NCBI GenBank assembly: GCA_046484135.1
Contig: JAWOBU010000191.1
Span: 1-13,639 of the forward strand
Source of the DNA: a bacterium
GTDB taxonomy: Bacteria; RBG-13-61-14; DATKZS01
Direction of reading: 5' to 3'
Length of the DNA: 13,639 nt
Shown here: piece by piece, positions 7,676-13,639 of the stretch
Layout: each line of letters opens with the position of its first letter
Numbering within the stretch: the first letter of the stretch is position 1
Program-made: the position numbers and the translations under genes
Notes under the pieces: generated by a model
Told to the model about the DNA's origin: nothing
Database searches by the model: none
Seen by the model: the letters and a program-made list of their open reading frames with translations, nothing else

Positions 7676-8614
7676 TTAGAAGCTCACGCCCACGGTGGCC
7701 AGCACTCCCTGGTTCACCACGTCCAGGTCGAACTCTTCGTCGTCTTCTTCCACCTCGAACTTGGTGGTCAACATGCGATACCCCACGCCGGCATGGAGGT
7801 ACTTATAATCGTAAGTGATCCCCACGTCCAGGTCGGTGTATCCGGCCTTGATGTCCTCGTAGGCGATGCCCATGCCGCTGAACTGGGCATAGGCCCCGAA
7901 CCCGTAGGGTAAGTAGAGGTTTCCGCCGATCCCTATTACCGGAATGGGCACCGGCAGGAACTCGTCTCCGTCCACGAGTTTAGTGCTGCCATTATCTTCT
8001 TTAGCGGATCCTTCGTATCCCACCGTAAGCATGTAATACTCCGCTCCCCAGATCAGGTCCAGGCTCGCCATGTCGCTCATGAGCGGAGTGTAATGATGGA
8101 CCAATTTTATGCGGTCAATCCGGTAGTCGGTTTCAAACTCGGTGCCGGTCTTGAACGTATAGCCCGCGAAGTCAATCTCGGTGTCCAGGTCCTTCTCTCC
8201 TCCATAGTTCACGCCGTACCAGCTTAAAAGGATCATGTGCTTTTCGCCGGGCCGCCACCTGAGCTCGATCTCGGGCACTGCCTGCTCGTTCTCGAGGCCC
8301 AGCTCGTCCACCAGGTCAATCTTCTCGCCCTTGATGGTCGTGGTGTCGTCTCCCAGCACGTCATAGTCCGAAAAGGTCAGATCGCCGGTGTAGTTGGAGA
8401 ACCAGTAGTTAAGGTTTATCTGTACCGTGTAGTCCCTCTTGTTTTTCTTGGTCTCTTTCGCTTGACTCTTCCATTCCGCTAGCGACTCCGACTCCGCCGG
8501 AGGCTGTGTCTCCGCCGGCGGCTGTGTCTCCGCAGGCGGCTGCGTCTCCTGGGCGGAAAGCAGGGGAAGGTACGCGAACATTAACAAAAACGTCATGATC
8601 AAAGTCTTTTTCAT
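7676..8614 (-). CDS. Outer-membrane beta-barrel protein with an N-terminal Pro-rich repeat
   Basis: Signal peptide ending LSA-Q; acidic and aromatic-rich beta strands; AGVGYR; last strand VLATVGVSF with C-terminal Phe; AAGGAGG RBS. Confidence 0.75.
   Translation of the reverse strand: MKKTLIMTFLLMFAYLPLLSAQETQPPAETQPPAETQPPAESESLAEWKSQAKETKKNKRDYTVQINLNYWFSNYTGDLTFSDYDVLGDDTTTIKGEKIDLVDELGLENEQAVPEIELRWRPGEKHMILLSWYGVNYGGEKDLDTEIDFAGYTFKTGTEFETDYRIDRIKLVHHYTPLMSDMASLDLIWGAEYYMLTVGYEGSAKEDNGSTKLVDGDEFLPVPIPVIGIGGNLYLPYGFGAYAQFSGMGIAYEDIKAGYTDLDVGITYDYKYLHAGVGYRMLTTKFEVEEDDEEFDLDVVNQGVLATVGVSF
8492..8549 (-). repeat. In-frame 18-bp tandem repeat x3 encoding (ETQPPA)3
   Basis: Plus-strand units ctccgccggaggctgtgt, ctccgccggcggctgtgt, ctccgcaggcggctgcgt, then ctcc. 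Confidence 0.9.
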
Positions 8615-8657
8615 TTGTCTCCTCCTTGTTCGGCTCGGCGAGCCCGGGGTTTTCCTT

Positions 8658-8687
8658 ATTGTAGCAAAACCGGGCTCTCCCGTGCAA
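8658..8687 (-). promoter_or_regulatory. Putative sigma70 promoter with extended -10 for the OMP gene
   Basis: Minus strand TTGCAC (8687-8682), 18 nt spacer, TACAAT (8663-8658) preceded by TG-C. Confidence 0.55.
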
Positions 8688-8695
8688 AAAAATGT

Positions 8696-10054
8696 TCACC
8701 TGGTCTTTTTCAGGGCCACCTCCGCGGCTTGCAGGACCGGGTCGAACACGGGCGAGAAGGGCGGCGCATAAGCCAGGTCGAGCTGACTTATCTCTTCGAG
8801 GTCCATCCCCTGAGTAAGGGCCATTGCCCACAGGTTGATGCGCTGGGCCACGCCTTCTTTGCCGAACATCTGGGCGCCCAGGAGCTTCCCGGAGCCTCTC
8901 TCCACTATGACCAGGGTATGGATGCGCTGATTGTCCGGGCAGTAGTGGGCCTGGGAGTTGCTTTTTATCTCGATCTTTTCCGCGTCCAGGCCGAGGTCGC
9001 CCGCTTCCTTTACGCCCAGGCCGGTGCGGGCCACGGCAAGGTCGAACACCCGCGTTACCGCGGTTCCCGCTATTCCGGGAAACTCGGCATCCTCTCCGCC
9101 TATGTTGCTGCCTGCCACCCGGCCCTGACGGTTGGCGGTCAACGCAAGAGGGATATAAGCGTTCTTGCCGTAAACCAGGTGATAGGCCTCGGCGCAGTCG
9201 CCCGCGGCCCAGATGTTGTCATGAGAGGTCTTTTGCTTCCGGTCCACCTTGATCGCTTTCCGGACCCCCAGGTCTAGTCCGGCGTCCTGTGCAAGTTCGC
9301 TCCGCGGTGTGACCCCGATTGCCAAAAGCACCATGTCCGTGTCAATGGTGTCGCTGTTGGAAAGGGTCACCCGGAGACCTTTCTTCTTCTCCTCTACCTT
9401 CTCCGCGCCCGCGCCGGTCATGTACTCGACGCCGTGCCGGGAAAGCGAGTCAGACACCGCTTCGGAGACCTCTTCCTCCATCACGGGCATGAGGCGGGGA
9501 GCGAATTCGACCATCGAGACGTCCATGCCCGCCATCTTTAAAGCCTCGGCCATCTCCACGCCGATGTAGCCGCCGCCTATGATGAGGGCCTTTTTGGGCG
9601 AGTTCACCACGATGTGCTCCTTGAGCTTGCCCGCTTCCATGAGCCCGCGCAGGGCGAACACTCCCGGCAGCTCGAGGTCAATGCCCGGCGGCACAATGGG
9701 TTTAGCGCCGGTTGCTATAAGCAGATGGTCGTAGGAGACCTCTTTTTCTTCTCCGGAAGCAAGGTCGCGTACCGTGATGGCGTTTTTGTCCGGCGATATT
9801 TTCTCCGCCCGGTGGCCGAGGTTCACCTTGATGTCCCGCTTTTGTTCAAACTCCTCCTTCGAGACCACCACCAGGTCCATGAGCTGCTTAACCGAGCCCG
9901 AGATATAATAAGGGATCCCGCAGGCGCCGTAAGATACGTAATCGCCCGTCTCGAACACCTCGATGGAAAGCTCCGGCCGGCGGCGCCGGGCGCGGCCCGC
10001 GGCGCTCATCGCGGCGGCGTCTCCGCCGATGACACAAAGTTTTTCTTCGCTCAT
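8696..10054 (-). CDS. CoA-disulfide reductase / NADH oxidase family flavoprotein (paralogue B)
   Basis: FAD motif VIGGDAAAMSAA, redox Cys in SYGACG, ATGA, NAD motif GGGYIGVE, WAAGDC, PLALTANRQG, C-terminal DLAYAPPF; AAGGAGG RBS. Confidence 0.9.
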   Translation of the reverse strand: MSEEKLCVIGGDAAAMSAAGRARRRRPELSIEVFETGDYVSYGACGIPYYISGSVKQLMDLVVVSKEEFEQKRDIKVNLGHRAEKISPDKNAITVRDLASGEEKEVSYDHLLIATGAKPIVPPGIDLELPGVFALRGLMEAGKLKEHIVVNSPKKALIIGGGYIGVEMAEALKMAGMDVSMVEFAPRLMPVMEEEVSEAVSDSLSRHGVEYMTGAGAEKVEEKKKGLRVTLSNSDTIDTDMVLLAIGVTPRSELAQDAGLDLGVRKAIKVDRKQKTSHDNIWAAGDCAEAYHLVYGKNAYIPLALTANRQGRVAGSNIGGEDAEFPGIAGTAVTRVFDLAVARTGLGVKEAGDLGLDAEKIEIKSNSQAHYCPDNQRIHTLVIVERGSGKLLGAQMFGKEGVAQRINLWAMALTQGMDLEEISQLDLAYAPPFSPVFDPVLQAAEVALKKTR

Positions 10055-10078
10055 GGCTCCTCCTTGCGCTCTTTTAGC

Positions 10079-11434
10079 TCAGGCAGTTCCGGCTTTCTTG
10101 ACGAGTTGGTTAGCGCAAACCAGCACCGGGTCCCAGGCCGGCGCAAACGGGGGCGAGTATAAAAGGTCCAGGTTGGATAGCTGTCTCACGGTCATGTCCG
10201 CCTGTATGGCCGCGGCCAGCACGTCAATGCGGATTGCCGCCATCTCTTCTCCCAGCACTGCCGCGCCCAGGAGCCTTCCGTCGTCCCGGTTCGCCACCAG
10301 GTGTACTCGTATCCATCCCGCGCCCGGAAACGCGTGCGCCCTGGTGCGGGCTTTTATTGTCGCGGTTACGGGGTTGAAGCCGTGCTTATTTGCTTGTTTC
10401 TCTGTAAGTCCGGTGGTTGCGACCTCGAGGTCGAAGACCCTCTGGCCGGTGGTCCCCAGAACCGGGGGAATCTCCTCCCAGGCTCCAGCGGCGTTGGCCC
10501 CGACCATTCTTCCGGTGCGGTTGGCCCGCAACGCCAGCGGGACCCACACCCTCTCGCCGGTTACGTGGTGGAACCCGTCACAGCAGTCCCCGGCCGCGAA
10601 GATGTGCTTCTCCGAGGTCCGACCATAGCGGTCCACTGCTACTGCTCCTGCCGCTCCCGGCTCGAGGCCGGCTTCGCGGGCCAGCTCGGAGCGTGGCTCG
10701 AACCCGGTTGCCGCCAGCACCAGGTCCGCGGAGAGCTCTCGGTCGGAGAGCACCACCTTGCCGGGAGAGCCCGGCTCGATCCTCTCCACACTGGAGCCGT
10801 GGATTACGTCCACGCCGTGGTTTGCGAGCTCTTCTCGAAGGAGCTCATCCATCTCGTCCGGGAGGGACTTAAGCATGACCGGAGTGCGCTTTACAATCGA
10901 GACCTCCATGCCGCGCAAGGAGAGGACCTCGGCCAGCTCGAGGCCCAGGTAGCTTCCGCCCAGGATGACCGCCCTTTTACAGCTGTTCTCGCACAGCCTG
11001 GACTTGATGGCGTGGCAGTCCTCGAGGGTCCGGAGACACAGGCAGGCCTCGGACTCGATGCCGGGTATGGGAGGCCTGGTAACGCGGCTGCCGGTCGCGA
11101 GCACCAGCACGTCATAGTCGAGCTCGAACCCGCCTCCCCGGTCGGTTACGCCCCGGACCTTTTGCTCGGACGGCAGAATGGCCTCGACGCGGTGTCCGAG
11201 CCGGAGATCAAGGCCCCGCTTTTCGCGGAACTGGTCCGCGCTCATGACCACCAGGTCGTTGACGTCCCGGTCCGGTTCGGCCAGGTTATAGGGCATGCCG
11301 CAGGCGCCGTAGCTCACGTCGTGGCCTGCTTCCAGTACCACGACGCTCGAGTCCGGCAGCCGTCGCTTGATCTGGCTGGCCGCGCTCATACCCGCGGCCA
11401 CGCCCCCGATCACGCAGAACTGTTTCGCCTCCAT
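10079..11434 (-). CDS. CoA-disulfide reductase / NADH oxidase family flavoprotein (paralogue A)
   Basis: Start reassigned to the ATG at 11434 (MEAKQF) after AAGGAGG. VIGGVAAGMSAA, SYGACG, ATGS, GGSYLGLE, FAAGDC, PLALRANRTG, DLLYSPPF. Confidence 0.9.
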   Translation of the reverse strand: MEAKQFCVIGGVAAGMSAASQIKRRLPDSSVVVLEAGHDVSYGACGMPYNLAEPDRDVNDLVVMSADQFREKRGLDLRLGHRVEAILPSEQKVRGVTDRGGGFELDYDVLVLATGSRVTRPPIPGIESEACLCLRTLEDCHAIKSRLCENSCKRAVILGGSYLGLELAEVLSLRGMEVSIVKRTPVMLKSLPDEMDELLREELANHGVDVIHGSSVERIEPGSPGKVVLSDRELSADLVLAATGFEPRSELAREAGLEPGAAGAVAVDRYGRTSEKHIFAAGDCCDGFHHVTGERVWVPLALRANRTGRMVGANAAGAWEEIPPVLGTTGQRVFDLEVATTGLTEKQANKHGFNPVTATIKARTRAHAFPGAGWIRVHLVANRDDGRLLGAAVLGEEMAAIRIDVLAAAIQADMTVRQLSNLDLLYSPPFAPAWDPVLVCANQLVKKAGTA

Positions 11435-11492
11435 CTCGTCCTCCTTGCGGCGCAAAGCCCGGCGACAAGGATATTCAAAAATCCAGACCGGC

Positions 11493-11951
11493 TCAGTTTT
11501 CGGTCAGGACCTCGTCGTCGTACATGGTTTCAAAGCGCAGCTTGTGCCGGGCCTCTTCCTGGGCCAGGGCGCTAAAGGTCTCTTTAAGGCTGTCGTTGGG
11601 CGCGGAGGCTGCCAGGTCGGTGTAGAGCCGGAAAGCTGCCTTTTCCTTCTTCATGGCCAGAAGCAACGAGTCCTGCAGGCCCATGTCGGGCGACGGCTTG
11701 GTATCCACGGTGTAATCCGCGATCTTCAAGTCCTTTATCTTGTTCTCGGCTGAAAGCATGAGCTTGCCGCTCTGGACGGCCTCCAGCTTGGCCCGGTGGC
11801 CTTTTTCCTCCCTGGCCAGGCTTTCGAACAGCTCCTTGATGGACCGGTCTTTGACCCGGCCGGCCAGGTCCATGTAAAACTCGTAGGACTCGTCCTCCCT
11901 TGCCATTGCGAACTCCAACACTTCATCCACGGAACCGAAATCGCTCATCAT
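11493..11951 (-). CDS. Ferritin-like di-iron protein of the rubrerythrin family, lacking a rubredoxin domain
   Basis: Two repeats of E...FY/LY...EExxH (AREDESYEFY...EEKGH and KKEKAAFRLY...EEARH); no Cys; AAGGAG RBS. Confidence 0.9.
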   Translation of the reverse strand: MMSDFGSVDEVLEFAMAREDESYEFYMDLAGRVKDRSIKELFESLAREEKGHRAKLEAVQSGKLMLSAENKIKDLKIADYTVDTKPSPDMGLQDSLLLAMKKEKAAFRLYTDLAASAPNDSLKETFSALAQEEARHKLRFETMYDDEVLTEN

Positions 11952-11985
11952 GTTCTCCTTTCCTAAAACATATAATTGGCCGGCC

Positions 11986-12999
11986 TCAGTAGCCGTATCC
12001 GTCTTCTTCTTTAATCTTTCCCTTGAAGATATGATAGACCCAGGATTGGTAGATGACCACGATCGGGATGAACACGATGACTACGGCCAACATTATCTTC
12101 AGGGTCTTGGGGCCCGAAGCGGCCTCCGCCAGGTTTATGCTGTAGGCCGGATGAAGACTGGAGGGGACCAGGGCCGGGAAGATGCCGAAAAGACCGAAGA
12201 ACACCGTGTATAAAATCGTAACGGCCTGCGCCGCCCATGCCCATACGAACCTCCGGCGATACGCCATGTAACCGCCGGCAAGAAGCGCCACTACCAGCAC
12301 CGCAGGTATGACGAAAAGCCCCGGCCGGCTCGTGTAGTTCGAGTAGAGCTCCGTGCTTACGCGGGTCATGACAAGGAAAAGGACCGCCACTGCAACAAGC
12401 CCCCACCAGAGCTTCATCGCCACTCTCGCGGCCCGGTCCTCGAGGTCCCCCTCCGACTTCAAGGCCAACCACAAGGCGCCGTGGAACGAAAACAGGAACA
12501 AGAAAAGCAGTCCTCCCACTATGCCGTAGCCGTTAAAGAAACTGCCGAGCGATCCTTCCAGCACTCCGTTTTCGTTTATGGGAATACCCGCGAATAGGTT
12601 CGCAAAGGTAAGACCGAAAAAGAAAGCGGCTGTGAGGCTGCTCAGAAAGAAAAGCCGGTCCCAGAGCCTTTTGACGCCCGCGCTTTCCGAATGCTCTCGC
12701 AAAACCACGGCCGCGCCCCTGATGATAAGAGAGAACAGGATTATCATGAGAGGCGAGTAGAGCGCGCTGAACATGACGGCGTAGGCGAGTGGAAACGCGG
12801 CAAAGGTTATTCCTCCGGCGGCCACCAGCCAGACCTCGTTTCCGTCCCAGAAGGGGCCGATGGACCCGTACACGTTACGCCGGTCGCGCTCATGTTTTCC
12901 TAAAAAAGGAAGCAGGATGCCTCCGCCGAGATCGAACCCGTCCAGCAGAAAGTAGACGCCCCACAAGAGTCCCCACAAAGCAAACCATAAGAGCAGCAC
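11986..12999 (-). CDS. cydB: Cytochrome bd quinol oxidase subunit II
   Basis: Start reassigned to GTG at 12999, with GGAGG at 13010-13006 inside the end of cydA. YFLLDGFDLG, IGPFWDGNEVWLV..GG..FAAFP..YA, HGALWL, PIVVIYQSWVY. Confidence 0.95.
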   Translation of the reverse strand: MLLLWFALWGLLWGVYFLLDGFDLGGGILLPFLGKHERDRRNVYGSIGPFWDGNEVWLVAAGGITFAAFPLAYAVMFSALYSPLMIILFSLIIRGAAVVLREHSESAGVKRLWDRLFFLSSLTAAFFFGLTFANLFAGIPINENGVLEGSLGSFFNGYGIVGGLLFLFLFSFHGALWLALKSEGDLEDRAARVAMKLWWGLVAVAVLFLVMTRVSTELYSNYTSRPGLFVIPAVLVVALLAGGYMAYRRRFVWAWAAQAVTILYTVFFGLFGIFPALVPSSLHPAYSINLAEAASGPKTLKIMLAVVIVFIPIVVIYQSWVYHIFKGKIKEEDGYGY

Positions 13000-13000
13000 T

Positions 13001-13639
13001 TTACACCTCCCCGCCGGCGTCGGTGGACTGACTTGCTTCCGGTCCTTGCCGGGCGAACCGGATGACAAGATAAAAGTTTATGATGCCCAGCAGGCCGTAA
13101 ACCAGGAGGAAACCCAAAAGCGTGGTCCACACCTGGCCGGCGGCCAATGTAGATGCGGCCTCCGAGGTCTTGACGTGGCCGTAAACTATCCAGGGCTGTC
13201 TGCCCATTTCCGTCAGAATCCACCCGCACTGGAGCGCCAGATAGGGAAGCGGTATGGCCAGGATGAAAATCCACGGCAGGCGGGGGAACCGCTCCAGCCG
13301 TTTACGCAGGCCGAGCACCAGCCCGTAGCCGGGCAACCGGGACCTGTCCGGCCCGTAATAGACGAACCCTAAAAGAGCGATGGGAATGAAAAGAAAGCCG
13401 AGTCCGACCATGGTCCGGAAGGCCAGAAAGGACACCAGCACCGGCGGTCTTTCCTCCTTCGGCCATTCTTTGAGTCCCTTGACCTCTGCGTCCGGCCGGT
13501 GATAGGCGAGCAGGCTAAGCGCGTTCGGTATCTTGATGAGCTCGACCAGGTTCCGCTCGTTCTTTTCGTCGGGTATGAGTATCAGGGTCTGGTCCGCTCC
13601 TTCTCCTTCCGGGCTGGTCTCCCACAGGGACTCCATTGC
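13001..13639 (-). CDS. cydA: Cytochrome bd quinol oxidase subunit I, C-terminal part (5' end outside the window)
   Basis: Q-loop remnant AMESLWET, IPNALSLLAY...VKGL, FRTMVGLG (heme b558 Met), GWILTEMGRQPWIVYG. The frame is open to the window edge. Confidence 0.95.
   Translation of the reverse strand, partial: AMESLWETSPEGEGADQTLILIPDEKNERNLVELIKIPNALSLLAYHRPDAEVKGLKEWPKEERPPVLVSFLAFRTMVGLGFLFIPIALLGFVYYGPDRSRLPGYGLVLGLRKRLERFPRLPWIFILAIPLPYLALQCGWILTEMGRQPWIVYGHVKTSEAASTLAAGQVWTTLLGFLLVYGLLGIINFYLVIRFARQGPEASQSTDAGGEV

Noticed and set aside
10301..11575. 424-aa plus-strand ORF
   Set aside because: Antisense shadow of the reductase gene, expected from GC-rich codon usage; no recognisable motifs.
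8696..11951. Selenocysteine recoding in the redox genes
   Set aside because: Catalytic positions are ordinary Cys codons, and the TGA codons fall at the expected C-termini.
13000..13068. N-terminal extensions in the ORF track (cydB to 13068, moaC to 4391, reductase A to 11455)
   Set aside because: They overlap upstream genes or the RBS. Better starts with Shine-Dalgarno sequences exist at 12999, 4301 and 11434.

Overview
GC-rich (roughly 60% by eye), densely coded chromosomal window from a diderm bacterium. Two outer-membrane beta-barrel genes are present, and the gene content resembles an anaerobic deltaproteobacterium-like organism (inference). Left to right: a degenerate short tandem repeat at the edge; a PrsA/SurA-like parvulin lipoprotein (-) divergent from a porin-like beta-barrel gene and prmC (+); a minus-strand operon encoding a thioredoxin-like [2Fe-2S] ferredoxin/O-methyltransferase fusion, moeA and moaC; a PaaI-type thioesterase (+); a second beta-barrel OMP (-); and a minus-strand oxygen/redox-defence cluster of cydA (partial), cydB, a di-iron ferritin/rubrerythrin-like protein and two tandem CoA-disulfide-reductase-family flavoproteins. 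I saw no RNA genes, CRISPR array or transposase. The best leads are the Fe-S/methyltransferase fusion heading the Moco genes and the paired flavoproteins with apparently opposite NADH/NADPH fingerprints in the cytochrome bd operon. Both are inferences from motifs and gene context, not established new systems.
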